Source of the DNA: Mantamonas sphyraenae STR306
Taxonomy: Eukaryota; Protista; CRuMs
Direction of reading: 5' to 3'
Length of the DNA: 64,000 nucleotides
Assembly: GCA_026936335.1 (NCBI GenBank)
Contig: JAPMXV010000071.1
Location: forward strand, 228,756 to 292,755
Part shown: positions 12,791 through 26,577 of the stretch, one piece after another
Layout of the letters: each line of letters opens with the position of its first letter
How positions within the stretch are numbered: the first letter of the stretch is position 1
The notes under the pieces: generated by a model
The model's input: only the letters and a program-made list of their open reading frames with translations
Told to the model about the DNA's origin: nothing
Database searches by the model: none
Translations under genes and position numbers: made by a program

Positions 12791-13957
12791 ATGTCCTCCA
12801 CAGAGGAAGAACACACGTCGCAGGCTCAGGAGCAAGAGCAAGAGACGAGAGAAGAGCAGGAGAAGGATGGTGATGGTTCAGCAGACAAGATGGAGGAGGA
12901 AGAGGCGTCGGACAACAAGCGCAAGGCGTACGGCTACCTGCAGCGGACGATTACCATCGACGAGATCCCCACACACGACGAGAACGGCGAAGCGTACTCC
13001 AAGTCCCGACGCAAGAAGATGCTGCGCGAGAAGCGACGCAAGCTGGCAAACAAACACCAGCGCAAGCTGCAACTGGAAAAGAAGAAGCAGAAGCGGAAGG
13101 AGATGGCGGAGCGAGTGGAGGCGGGCGATCCGGAAGCCATTGCCGCACGGGAGGAGCGACTGCGATTGACCGCGCTGAAGCGACGACGTGTGGAAGAGGT
13201 GCAGTACGCAGACATGACGGTGTGCATCGACCTTGACTACCAGCAGTACATGAGCGAGAAGGATCTGAACAGCCTGCGGACGCAGCTGTCGCGTGCATAC
13301 GCAACCAATCGGATGCAAGAGAAGCCACTGCACCTGCACTTTACCAGCTACGAGGGCAAACTCAAGCAGATCATGATGGAGAGTGCATTCAACCACACGG
13401 TGAGCTCGGACGCCTTTTGCACCTTCCACGAGGGTCACTTTGCCAACCAGTGGCCCAAGACCTCCCTGGTGTACCTCACCAGCGATGCCACAGACGTAAT
13501 GACCACAGTGGATCCCAACGCAGTGTACATCATCGGCGGTCTGGTGGACCACAACAAGCACAAGCTGCTCTCGCTGAATCGTGCTCGGGAGCTGGGCATC
13601 CGCTACCAACAACTGCCCATTGGCGAGTACATCCACATGGCCAGTCGCAAGGTGTTGGCAGTCAACCATGTGTTTGATGTGCTGGCCAACTTTGTTGCCT
13701 CGGGCGACTGGAAGGAGGCCTTTTTCAAGGTCATCCCACAGCGCAAACTCGAGGAGAATGGAGGCGCCACGTGGACCACCGATGGCTCAAAGGTGATGGC
13801 CAGCTCCAGTGGCAGCGATGGAGACAGGCAAGAGGATGAGGATGAGAGGGACGAGGAGGACGAGGAGGAAGACGGTGCGATGGTGGAGGCAACTGCCTCC
13901 TCAAGCTCCGCTTCCACTTCCACTTCCACAGGTGCAAGTGAGGTGCAGGTGTCATGA
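12791..13957 (+). CDS. TRM10: tRNA (guanine-N1/m1G9) methyltransferase Trm10
   Basis: IDLDYQQYM, LVYLTSDA, YIIGGLVDHNKHK, LPIGEYI and VLAVNHVF motifs; first ATG at 12791. Confidence 0.93.
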   Translation: MSSTEEEHTSQAQEQEQETREEQEKDGDGSADKMEEEEASDNKRKAYGYLQRTITIDEIPTHDENGEAYSKSRRKKMLREKRRKLANKHQRKLQLEKKKQKRKEMAERVEAGDPEAIAAREERLRLTALKRRRVEEVQYADMTVCIDLDYQQYMSEKDLNSLRTQLSRAYATNRMQEKPLHLHFTSYEGKLKQIMMESAFNHTVSSDAFCTFHEGHFANQWPKTSLVYLTSDATDVMTTVDPNAVYIIGGLVDHNKHKLLSLNRARELGIRYQQLPIGEYIHMASRKVLAVNHVFDVLANFVASGDWKEAFFKVIPQRKLEENGGATWTTDGSKVMASSSGSDGDRQEDEDERDEEDEEEDGAMVEATASSSSASTSTSTGASEVQVS

Positions 13958-14892
13958 GCAGACAGAGATTGAAAGAGTACTTTCCAGTGGACAGCCAAAC
14001 CTTCTTCCAGCTGCTGTTTGCAGACGAGTCTCCGTTCAAGCGGGACTACCACACGTCCCGTGGCGACGAAGACTTTGAACAGACGGCCTGGACGAACGGC
14101 AAACGCGAACTCAGCTTCCAATCAAGGGTGAACAATTCGGTGCTGGCAGGCTTGTTGGGAGCCACGACGACGGTGCGTGAGGTGCAACAAACAGAGCACG
14201 TCGCGGACGGAGAGATTCGCGTGCGCGCACATACGTGTTTGGCGACGGAATTGGTACAGAGTGGGGCAGAATGGTCCATACGCGACCTGCCCGATGACCA
14301 AGACGGGTCTGTGTATGTAGTGGATGCCAGCAACGACAGTGCTGTGGCCACTGTGCCTCGTGGCAAGGAGTCGACCAGCTCCGACGAGTCCACGCAGGTG
14401 CTGCCTCTCCAGGACGACGACGTTTCGCTCCTGGCCACCCAGTGGTGTGAATGCACCATCGACATCACAACGGCGTTCCATGGTCCCTGGGTCATCCAAA
14501 GCGTCGTGGAGCCCTATCTGGCAAGCCATGCACGCAAGGCCTTTCTGGAGTGGATGGAAGGGGCTCGCGTTGTCGTCAACGCACACCTCCACGACTTGTC
14601 GCTGGCAGCGGCACAGGGCACACACCAGCACACAGAGGAAACAAGCGTGGGATACACAAGCACAAGCACAAGCACAAGCACAAGCACAGCCAGTGTGTCC
14701 TCCGGCACGGACGGGTCACTCGCCGTGGTCGACACCGACAACGACGGGAAGGAAGGAGACCACAGTCAGCAACTGATGCAGGAAATGGCAGCAATGCTGG
14801 AACAGATGCTAGCAAGCACGCAAGACACGCAAGCAAGGTTAGTGGGGATTCGCAACGGTTTGTTGGGCGTGGGAAGCACGCGGGTGAGATGA
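13954..14892 (+). CDS. VASt / StART-like lipid-transfer domain protein (tentative)
   Basis: N-terminus FPVDSQTFFQLLFADESPFKRDYHTSRGD...W...RELSF resembles the start of a VASt domain. Its ATG overlaps the TRM10 stop (ATGA). Confidence 0.6.
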   Translation: MSRQRLKEYFPVDSQTFFQLLFADESPFKRDYHTSRGDEDFEQTAWTNGKRELSFQSRVNNSVLAGLLGATTTVREVQQTEHVADGEIRVRAHTCLATELVQSGAEWSIRDLPDDQDGSVYVVDASNDSAVATVPRGKESTSSDESTQVLPLQDDDVSLLATQWCECTIDITTAFHGPWVIQSVVEPYLASHARKAFLEWMEGARVVVNAHLHDLSLAAAQGTHQHTEETSVGYTSTSTSTSTSTASVSSGTDGSLAVVDTDNDGKEGDHSQQLMQEMAAMLEQMLASTQDTQARLVGIRNGLLGVGSTRVR

Positions 14893-14916
14893 ACGTCGCC
14901 ATTGGAATGCACGAAA

Positions 14917-16991
14917 TCATTCGTCGTTGGACGACGCTTCACTGTTCAGTGTGGGCAGCTCCTCCACCATCCAGGCGCTCTTGGGCAGTTCTCCCAGGGC
15001 AAGGGTACGTCTTTGTAGCCACGGGAAGAGACTGGCGCCAACGAAGAGGGAGAGGAGGGTGAGGGTGATGAAAGGGTCGTATGTGGTGTGGCAGGTACCA
15101 TTGAGTTCGGTGACACACACCGCCTTGAGGACGTCCGTGTCACACGTGGGCGGTGCCAGGACGTTGGAGGGTGAGTCGTCGGCAAGGAGACATGCGGTGC
15201 GGGAGAGCCAGTCCACGGCACGGTAGGCAAAGAACTTGGGCCATGTGGAGCCGAGGTTGCTCACCGTGTTGAGCAGGGTCAGGTAGGTGCCTCCGATGCG
15301 ATCGTCGCTGATGCGATTGAAAAACCCGCCCTTGGTGACGGACATGATGGTGCCTGCAAACGAGTTGCTGGCCATGATCAGCACCAGCACAGCGTAGGAC
15401 CAGAACCCGGGTCGTCCACTGTGCCAGTGCACCAGCAGCGCAAACAGAAACGCATTGAACAATTGCAGCTTGTAGAACCGCAGGTAGGGTGCCCACGGGG
15501 CATGCGATGGACTGTTGCTGCTACTGGTGGTGTTGGTGTTGCTGCTGCTGGTGATGGGATTTGTGGATGAAGAGGAGGAGGAGGAGGAGGAGGAGGAGAG
15601 GAGTGCATCGCGTGGCGCATTATCACCATCGCTTTTGCCATCTGTGCCTCCACTGTCGCTGACACTGCCATCTCCATGCAGATGAAACTCTGTACCTGAC
15701 GCCGAGGCGGCGGTGGCATTGGACCAGCGGCCGGCGACGATGGCAAACACGGTGTCGAGGGGAAAGGTGAGCAGGACCACGGCGGCAAGGTCCTCACGCT
15801 TGAAGCCCTTTTCAATCAGCTTCAACGGCCCAATGTAATCGGTAAAGACAAACCCCAGGCGGAGGAGGAGGAGGACGGACACAAGGCTGCGCATGTGCTT
15901 CTTGTTCAGCACCTGCCACATCTGCCTGTACACCGTGCGCACTGACGCATGGTTGGCTTCGTCACGCGGGTTCTCATGCTTCACAAGCCACAGTGTCAGG
16001 GTAAAGAACAGGTAGATGACCCCCCACGTGCGCAGGTAGCCCGGCAACGTCCACACGCCGTAGGGCAAGGCGGCTCCGTCCGCACGCAGGAAACGATTGG
16101 AAAATTCGGGGCTGTTGAGGGCCAGAAAGATGGTGAAGGAAAGGAAGTAGCCTGTGTTGAGACCCAGTGATTGACAAGTGGCACCGTAGGACTTGTTGCG
16201 TGCAGAGAGCATGGTGATGGCCCAGCCGTCGACGGCAATGTCCTGTGTGGCACACATCCACACCATGAGCAGCAGGTGGAGAAAGAGAGTGCGTATGGAC
16301 ACGCCCTCCATGGTGTCGGTGAGCATGTAGCTGAGGCGCAGCAGCATCAATCCTGAGCAGAGCTGGAGCGGGACAATCCAACTCTTGCGGCGGCCAAACA
16401 CCGGGTTGTAGATGGAATCCACCAGAGGCGACCACAGCAGTTTCAACGAATATGGATAGTTGGACATTGAAAGGATGCCAAGGGTCGTGTACGACGCACG
16501 ACGCTGCAGTAGGAACGGGATTGAACCGTGCACAAGGCCCAACGGCACGCCCTGGCATACATCTGCCGTGTGGAGATGAGAACGGGGCGTGTGGATTCAG
16601 ACAGGGGGGATGAGGAGAAAGGCGGGGGGGGTGGGTGGAAACAAATGGGGTGGGGGTGAGAGAGTGTGAGACCCAGATTGTCAACACAACAAGCGCACGC
16701 GGACGTACACATCAAGGTGAGCCATATCATGTTGGGAAAGTCGGAGCGAAAGTCTGGGTTGTGCCACTCGTCGAGCCAAGAGGCGTGGTGTGCAGTGGGA
16801 TGGACAGGTGCAGCAACCGGGACTGGCGAGGGAAGCAGGGCGGCTGCGGCGGCTGCGTGGGAAGCCACAGATGGCCGCACACGCACCTGCTCGCCATCGG
16901 GAAGGACAAGACCCGTGCCAAGGACCACTCCTGCAGCCACTCCCGCGGGCGTTGCACGCACGTGGTCCGAGTCCTCGTCTCGTTTGTGCAT
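14917..16991 (-). CDS. SLC33A1: Acetyl-CoA transporter 1 (AT-1, MFS); exons 16991-16709, 16562-14917
   Basis: LM|YVCQGVPLGL, YPYSLKLLWSPLVD, FGRRKSWIVP, ATQDIAVDGWA, IGGTYLTLLNTVSNLG. Confidence 0.93.
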
Positions 16992-17110
16992 TGCCGGGAC
17001 GAGGGATGCAATGCGATGCGACGGCGGGCGCAAGAAAAAAGGGTTCCGTTTGCCAAACACACTGCGCACCCTGGCTCTTGACTGAACCCGTTTCTGGCAA
17101 CAGCACCACC

Positions 17111-17848
17111 ATGGATCCCATCAGTTGTCCGTCTACCGAGGTGTGGCATGGCATTAGTGAGCCGACATTGCTGCCCACGTGCGTGGCAGCCGCGGTGATT
17201 GGCCTCACCTGTGGCTTTGCCCTGCGCAGCCGCCCTGGACTCCACGTCCACGCCCGCTCCTTCTTCCTCTTTGCCTGCATGATGTCCGACGCTGCGTTTG
17301 TGCACTGTTTCTTTGCCCTGCGACCCGACTCGCTGCTCAAGACCGTGGTTGGCGTCGTGGACATCGGGCTCACCTCGTGCATTGGTGCCTCCTTCCTCTT
17401 CAATGGCCTTTATGACCTTGGATGGGTGCGTGAGGGAAAGGTTTCCCAGCGTGCCTTTGACCTGGCTGAACTGGCCACCTTTGTGCTCATCTTTGTCGGC
17501 TACGCTCTGGGCCTGGCCAACAACTGGGGCTGGACCTTTGTCGTCCTCTACATCGGCGTCGTCGGTCTCTGCTGCGGTGCCTTTGTCGTCATCCAGGGCA
17601 TGCTCATCTGGAAGGGCACCTACCGTCATGGCCTCATCTGGATTGCCGTGGCTGGCGTTGCAGGCGCCTTGGGAATGGCCGCCATGACCGTCCTCGCCAC
17701 CTGGTGCTGCCAGACCTTTGGTGTGTTTTGGAACGGTGACTTTTGGTGGTTTGCCCTCTCGGACGTCGCCATGCTCGCCATGTACTTCTACCTCAGGCAG
17801 AGGGAGGGCAAGCAGTACGCCAAGCTGCCCCAGAACTTTTACATGTGA
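17111..17848 (+). CDS. Uncharacterised multi-pass (about 7 TM) membrane protein
   Basis: Intronless 245-aa ORF from ATG 17111 with about seven hydrophobic segments and C-biased third codon positions; no family recognised with confidence. Confidence 0.7.
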   Translation: MDPISCPSTEVWHGISEPTLLPTCVAAAVIGLTCGFALRSRPGLHVHARSFFLFACMMSDAAFVHCFFALRPDSLLKTVVGVVDIGLTSCIGASFLFNGLYDLGWVREGKVSQRAFDLAELATFVLIFVGYALGLANNWGWTFVVLYIGVVGLCCGAFVVIQGMLIWKGTYRHGLIWIAVAGVAGALGMAAMTVLATWCCQTFGVFWNGDFWWFALSDVAMLAMYFYLRQREGKQYAKLPQNFYM

Positions 17849-17931
17849 AAACAATGCAAATCTGCAATGTATTGCTCTCACATTCTTCATCTCTTGGTAT
17901 TATTATGGTGACCGGTGTTGCTCTCACACAC

Positions 17932-19814
17932 TCACCCTTCGGTCAGCGCTTCGCCGTCCAGCGTTGCCAGGTTGGGAAACGCCACGCGTACCCGTTCCAC
18001 ATAGTCCTTTTGGGCAGCCAACGGGTTGCCAGCGAGGGTGAGATCGACGACGGTGGAACTGAGCACCGTGTCCGCAGGCAGTGACTGCAGTTTGTTGTTG
18101 GCAAGGGAGAGGACAGAGAGATGCGGCAACGAAGACAGCTCACGCAGAGGGATCTCACGCACCTGGTTGTTGTCCAGGTTGAGAGTAGCCACAGAGGCCA
18201 AATAGCGGATGCCCACCAGACTGTGCAGTGCGTTGTTGCTGACGTCGACGCTGTTGGCCCACATGAGCTGCTCGGGCTGTGCCAGCCGCGTCAGGTTGCT
18301 TCCGTGCACGTCAAGGCTGCCTCCAGGCTTGTACTGAGCCTGCACCGCCAGTTGCAGCTGCAGTTCACTGCGCAAGTCCTCGTAGTAGCCCAGATGGTCG
18401 CTGTCCATCTCTCGCAGCTGTTCCAATTCGTCCAAGATCTCCTGCTGGTGCCCGCCCATCTCGCGCATCAGATACACTCGAGTGAGAGCACACCACTTGG
18501 ACGAATCGCCCTCTGCTTCAAACTCGCTCTTCATCTCCGTCACCTGTTCCAGCCGTTCTTCCAGCAGCGCCACCCGATCCTCGTCGATGCGCTTCACGTC
18601 CATCTGATCCACCTCCAGGTCGCACGAGTCCACGGTCATGCCCCACCAGTCTCCCGACGAATGCACCTTGAGTTGCACAGCCTCCTCCTCGCCGCTGCTC
18701 CCCTGCTCCTCAGTCTCCTCCATGCGGTATTCGTGCATGATGTCCACAGCCTCGTTCAGATTGGCCACGGCAGGTTGTGTGTGAACGTGCCATGTGCCCG
18801 CACGATTCACGCTGATGTGATCCTGTGTGAGCTGTCCCACAGGGTGCGTCAGACGCACAAACACGCTGTTTTCGATCTGCTGCGAGCCCAACACCCTAAA
18901 CGGACGCTCTCCACGTCCCACCAGCCATCTGTAGTACAGCCAGGGCGACTGGTCGTTCGGCTCCGTCCACATGGCATTCTCCAACATTTCAAATTCCTTC
19001 TCCTCATTCCACGCCCCCGTGTCAATGATCCCGGCCAGCAGCGCCGAGCGGTAGTGCCACGCGCTGTAGTTGCTGAAGTTGTCACTGATTTTCTTGTGCG
19101 AATACTTGAACTCATCCTTGTCCGATGCCACATGCGGCACCACAAAGCGTCGGTAGGACCAGCAGTGGAAGTTGCGCGTGTCCAGGTCCAGCATGCGGTT
19201 GCACAGAGCCAGCTCCACCACCCAGTTTGCTTCGCTGGCAAACACGTCTTGCATGTGTTCCATGCACCACACACGATGGTGCCACACCCAGTAGCTTTTC
19301 GGGTTGCGTCCAATCGAGTCCTGGATCAGCTGCAACTCCGCTGCACCCAACTCCGCCATCTCTTCGTCGCCCCTGCATGGCCCACCCAGCACAGCCCGTG
19401 CCATCCGGATGTCAGTGACTTTGGCTCACACCACACGTCCATGCTTCCATCCTCTGCCTATCCACACACTCTGCCTCTCTCCACTCACAGCGTCTGCCGA
19501 AGCTCGGTGAGGATCTCCCTCCGGTAATTCCACAGCGAGTAAAAGTCCACCACCATCTTCAGAGCCTTCTTGCAGGCTTCCAGCGCACTCAGATCCATCA
19601 CTTGCTGCGCTCGCATCTCCAACACCTGTTCACTGAGAGCCACAAAGCGTTCAATGCGCTCCGCCGCCTGCTGCTTGCGCGCCTCCTCCATCAACGCGTC
19701 CAGTTTCTCTTTCTTAATCCCATGCTGCAGAACGTGTGCATGTGTACGTCTGTGTCAGTGGCCCTGTGTCCGTGTGTGTGTGTGTGTGTGGTGATGGAGT
19801 GCAAGAACAACCAT
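17932..19814 (-). CDS. RABGGTA: Rab geranylgeranyltransferase alpha subunit (PFTA repeats + insert + LRR); exons 19814-19812 (ATG only, tentative), 19724-19489, 19372-17932
   Basis: M|HGIKK start, FYSLWNYRREIL, NPKSYWVWHHR, RNFHCWSYRRFV, NFSNYSAWHYRS, EPNDQSPWLYYRWL, C-terminal LRRs. Confidence 0.9.
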
Positions 19815-19906
19815 TCCCGAATTGGTTGGGCGAGAGGAGGCCATGTTTCCTTGCTCGACACTTCTGACACTATACGAGACATTGCTGCATTGGTGTGTGC
19901 ACCGAA

Positions 19907-21346
19907 TTACCCAAACTCAATCTCCTCACCCTGTTCGGCCTCCAGTTTGGCCTGCTTCTTGCTGGCTTTGTCCTTGATCTCCTCCATGGCCTTGATGAGT
20001 CCTGCCGGATCGTTCTTGGCACGTTTGGTGATGTCGTTCTTGTACGGACCAAAATCAGTGATGGTGCAATGGTCCCGCTTCCACACAGCCAGCATGTCGG
20101 CGAAACAGGCTGCGTGAAGCTCGGCCAACACACCCAGCAAGCCCCCCTCGTGCTTGTTGGCCATCTGGTTCAACCGACCCTCTCGCAACGCCTGAATGCA
20201 CACCACCGTAAAGTTGAGCGAGACGACACTCATGGGAAACTCCTGTTCGCTGTCCTGCGACAACGTGTACACCTCCTGAGCCAGCTGCTTGTGCTGCTGC
20301 AACAATGACAGCAGCTGCAGAAGGCCAAACATGCCTGCCGACCGCAGATCTGTCTTTGGATCGGTGTCCTGGAACCCAATGTCCTGCCAGTGTGCTCCGT
20401 AGCGGGGACAATCCCTTTGTGAACCTGTCGTCACCAGTCGTGTGTGTGTGTGTGTGTCAGCACCTTGGCACATCCCACGTGCATGAAACTTTGTGAATCT
20501 CCACTGATCCCACTCACCTGTCAGTTTGCGGTAAATGCTGATGATGATGCGCGAGTGCACCCGGTCGTCTCCGTCCAGCGGCGTTGCTGCCATAGCCAAC
20601 ACGAGATCACGCGCATCCTGATTGTCTGCACTCAGTTCGCTGTCGCAGCAGGTGCAACACCCAAACAGGGAATACCAACAAGCCTGGCAGCCCTCGTACT
20701 GTGGCTCGCTCTCACGTGTCACCGTTTTCAACACCTCACTCATGTCCTGCTTCTCGAAATGGCCCAACACGTCGTTGTAGTTGAGCACCAATCCTGCTTG
20801 GCCCAAATCCTCCTTGCTTCGGATCGTCCCACTCTTGTGTGCCTCCTCCGCTTGGTCCTGTTCCGCCTGTGCCTCTTCCAACGCACCCCACGCCGCCGCT
20901 GCTGCTGCCTCCTCCTCTGTTTCACCTCCAAGCACCAACGCAGCCACCCCTGCCCCCGTGTCTGTCGTCCTTTCCTCGCCTGCCTTTCCGCCTCCTGCGG
21001 ATTCGGTCTCGGTGTGATCCAGCAACGGCTGAGCCTCGTCCGCCTCTTCCCCGCCCGCGTCCTCCGATGTCTCCTCCACAGCTTCTCCATCTGCGCTTAC
21101 GCCTGTGTCCTTGTTGCCCTCGCTTGCGTCTGTTGATCCACTCTCTTCCTGTGCCTCTTTTCCCTTGTCCGATGGGCTCTCCTCAGCCGTCTTGGCGCCA
21201 TCCTCACCCTTTTCCGCTTCCTCGTCCGCCTCCTCTGCCTCTTCCTCCTCCTCGTCATCTGTCTCCTCCTTCTCCCTCTCCCCCTCTGTCTCTGCACCAC
21301 TCCCAGTTCCTTCGGTGATCGTCAACTCGATCTCCGAATCGTCCAT
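19907..21346 (-). CDS. ELMO-domain protein (ELMOD-like Arf/Arl GAP); intron 20517-20425
   Basis: HWQDIGFQDTDPKTDLRSAGMFGLLQL and FPMSVVSLNFT motifs; acidic N-terminus and a Cys cluster (GCCTCC). Confidence 0.85.
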   Translation of the reverse strand: MDDSEIELTITEGTGSGAETEGEREKEETDDEEEEEAEEADEEAEKGEDGAKTAEESPSDKGKEAQEESGSTDASEGNKDTGVSADGEAVEETSEDAGGEEADEAQPLLDHTETESAGGGKAGEERTTDTGAGVAALVLGGETEEEAAAAAAWGALEEAQAEQDQAEEAHKSGTIRSKEDLGQAGLVLNYNDVLGHFEKQDMSEVLKTVTRESEPQYEGCQACWYSLFGCCTCCDSELSADNQDARDLVLAMAATPLDGDDRVHSRIIISIYRKLTGEWDQWRFTKFHARGMCQGADTHTHTRLVTTGSQRDCPRYGAHWQDIGFQDTDPKTDLRSAGMFGLLQLLSLLQQHKQLAQEVYTLSQDSEQEFPMSVVSLNFTVVCIQALREGRLNQMANKHEGGLLGVLAELHAACFADMLAVWKRDHCTITDFGPYKNDITKRAKNDPAGLIKAMEEIKDKASKKQAKLEAEQGEEIEFG

Positions 21347-21453
21347 GTGGTTAATGGTTGAGTTCTCTGCGCCTGCGCTGTATGCACTCACACACACACA
21401 CTCTTTCCATTCATTGCTCTCATGTGTAGCTTCACCTGCTCTCAGCCCACCTC

Positions 21454-22713
21454 TCACTTGCGCGACGCAGCTCGTCGACTCTTGCCTGGCCGCTTGGCTT
21501 TCTTGTTCTTGCCCTTGCCCGAGTTGTCCTTGACGGAGGACGGGTGCAGGCGCATGCCCTTGGGCACCTGCTTGTTCTTGCGTGCGTTGAAGGAGCTTAC
21601 GTCCAGGAACGACTCGCGGTCGTTGCTCTTGGTGCCATGCTTGCGTCCTCCCGATCCAAACTTGGCATTCTTGTGCTTGCGCTTGGCACTCACCTCCTTG
21701 CGGCCTCCCTCTCCGTATGCCGTGCGCTGTCGCTTCTTGGACGACTCACGATACTCGGATGGTTTGTCATCAAACTCCACAGGCAATCCCTCGCCTGCAT
21801 CCCTGTTGCCCCTGTCCTTCTTCCACGCCTTGATGCTGTCCAACGCCTCCCGCTTCCTCTTGGCTCGCTCCTGCAGCTTCTCCGCCTGCACCTTTTTGCC
21901 ATACTTCTTCTGCTCGCGGTATCGCTTGCGTTCCAGCGAACGTTCGATCCGTTCCTTCTGCTGGTTCAACTTGGCCTTCACCTTGCGCATGTGTGCATCC
22001 GTCTTGACCATCTCGGCAAAGTAGTCCGCCGGCCGCTCGTACGGGATTTTCAGCATGTCCATGCGTGCACGCGCTTCAATCACGCTTGCCAACACCTGTT
22101 CGTAGCTGCGCCCATTGTGCACATGTCATCCATTGTGCATCCACGTCCCCGTGGCGTTCCCAATTCCCTTTGTGTGTCAGCGTACGGAATAATCCGCATG
22201 TGCTTCGCGCACATCTGGGCACTGCACCTGCACACACACTGCACACACACTCACATGGCCGGTTCCCGCTTCAAATCGTCCAGTGGGTTCTCCAGCTCCA
22301 CGCGTTCCTGTGTGCTCATGTCCAGTTTCTCAATCCAGGGCAGCTTGGGCTCGCGGTCCCAGCCGCCCAGGTAGATGTCTTTCAAACGCTGTTCCAGCCC
22401 CACCTGTGGGTGTGTGAAGAGGCACGTGGTGGCATGGGTGCAATGTGTGAGTGTCTGTTGGGTCAGATGCCTGGGTGACAAACGGCTGGTTGCACGGCTG
22501 TGTGGCACATACCGCGTCATACTTGGCTGCTTTCTTGGGCTGTTCGGCCTCCAGCTGCGCCTTTGCGCGCAGTCTCACAAGGGCCTGCACCTCTTCGTCA
22601 TCCACATCCACGTCTGCTTCCGAATCACTCGACTGTTCCTCCTCAGAAGCATATGCCTCTTCCTCCTCCTCCACCTCCACCTGCTTTTTGGACCGCTTCT
22701 TGCCCTTGCCCAT
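21454..22713 (-). CDS. EBP2: rRNA-processing protein EBP2; exons 22713-22513, 22403-22255, 22105-21454
   Basis: DDLKREPAI|YEQ, IPYERPADYFAEMVKTDAHMRKVK, KKYGKKVQ, KNAKFGSGG, KRPGKSRR. Confidence 0.93.
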
Positions 22714-22893
22714 CTCTCCGTCCTTGCTGGTTGGGAGAGTCAGCGCAGTTGCAAATTGCCTCGACCACATGCGTGAACCGTTGGATGAGTGTGTATGTGC
22801 CCAGAGAGGGGGGGTGCGGGGGAAGGGTGTGGTTGATCATGGAATGCATGGGGATGTGTGTGCGAAGGCGAGCCCATCCAAAACAACAGCACA

Positions 22894-24819
<1,926 letters not shown>

Positions 24820-24878
24820 AGGGAAAAGGGGAACGCGCGCACGCACACACGCACACACAACACAAACAAACACCACCA

Positions 24879-26409
24879 ATGGCTGCCGGATACGTGAACA
24901 TCACGAGTAGGTTGTTGTTTGGCCTTGAAACGGGGTAGGCCTACCCAAGCCTGGCTTGCCCTCCTGTGGGGTTGCGTTTGTTGCCCAGTCCACACGCTGA
25001 CCCACAGCACACGCAAGCACAGTCGAGGAGGCAGACGACCTGGTGGCCAAGGATCTCAACGGATCGTCCGATCCGTACGCCGTGATCAAACTGGGCAATG
25101 TGACAAAGAAGACGCGCACGCAGACGGCCACGCTGAAGCCCAAGTGGAACGAGTCGTTCCAGCTGGAATTTGCCGACGACCGCGAAGCGCTGACCATCTC
25201 GGTGTACGATTACAACAGGGTGACACGCGACGAAATCATCGGCAGCATCCAAATCGGCATGCACGACATCCCAGAGGAAGCTGGTGAGCCGTCCAAGTGG
25301 TATCAGCTGCGCAGCAAGGGGAGCAAGGGCGAAACTGTGGGACGCATCAAACTCAACTTGCGCGTGACCTTCGACGTAAGTGGACAGTGGGGGGCCCGGG
25401 GAAGTGTGTGTCGACACACATTCGATCTCCTGCCGTGTGTGCACAGGTGGGCATCGAGTGCATGCATGTGGGCCACGATGGCCTTGTAGACCGCGCGGAA
25501 GGCAAGGGAGCCAGCAGAGGGCAGAACGGAACGGGAGATGCCGCACTGGCTCCAAACGCTGACACAGCCCTGCCCACGACTCGGACATGCACACACGCAC
25601 AATGCGCAGGACACATTCCTGTCCAACTTCAACCGCGTGGACGATACAGTGGAGGACACGTTTGTAGAGGAGGACTTTTCGCTGCAGGGGCTGGTCAAAT
25701 GGACGATGGAGGTCATCAACCAGCTGTACTTTCTCATCGAGTTCTATCTGTACGTGTACTCGCTGGTCACATGGGAGGTGCCCCTGTCCTCGGCCGCATC
25801 CTGGCTGCTGATCATCTTTCTGTGTATGCGGCCCTCGTTTATCCCCGTGCTTCTGCCCGTGCCCATTCTCGTCTTTATCATCAAGGAGTACGTCGCCACG
25901 GGCGGTCTGGGCCCGGACCACCGCAGCGAGGAGCCGCCGCCCCCGTCCCAGTCCTCGGGCTTCTTCTCTGCCATCAAGGAGACCACAGCGTGGTGCCGCT
26001 GGTTCCAGAATTTGATGAAGTGGCTGGCCGAACAGATCATTTGGTTCAAGGAGCTCTTCCAATGGCGCGACTACGTCACCACCCTCTACATTGCGTACGG
26101 CTGTGTGGGCCTCATGGTCCTCAACGCCATCATCCCGCTCCGTTTCACCATCCTCGTCCTCACCAGCTACGTCTATTTTCAAACACCCTTGTCTACCGAG
26201 GCCTCTACTACCTTTACTGTGGTCTCTATTCCTATGCCCACAACAACATCCGCCTCATGATGGTCAAGGCCCGTTCACAGCCCAACGCTCCCAGCATGCC
26301 TCGCTCGGTGACACAACTCAGTCCCTCCTCATCTTCCGTGGACCATCCCAGCACTCCTCGCACACCCACCACCGCCGACGCAGCAGATGCCTCCAAGAAG
26401 CTCAAGTGA
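24879..26409 (+). CDS. C2-domain membrane protein (MCTP-like C-terminal hairpin); exons 24879-24906, 25023-25375, 25610 to 26260 or, with a frameshift near 26178, 26409
   Basis: Spliced C2 domain (NIT|IEEADDLVAKDLNGSSDPY...TLKPKWNESF...ISVYDYNRVTRDEIIG) followed by hydrophobic segments. The 3' end is ambiguous. Confidence 0.75.
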
Positions 26410-26577
26410 AAGGGTGCGTTGGGGAGGAGGGGAGGAGGGGAGAAGGACAAAAATGGAATCCAAGTGTGCTGAGTTGTGCATTGCTTCTTGCTGGGTCTTC
26501 CTCATCCACCCAATGAGCGATTGATTGCATCGTGTGCAGCTATGCTTCATTTCTCATTCCAATTCGCTTCCCTTCCG

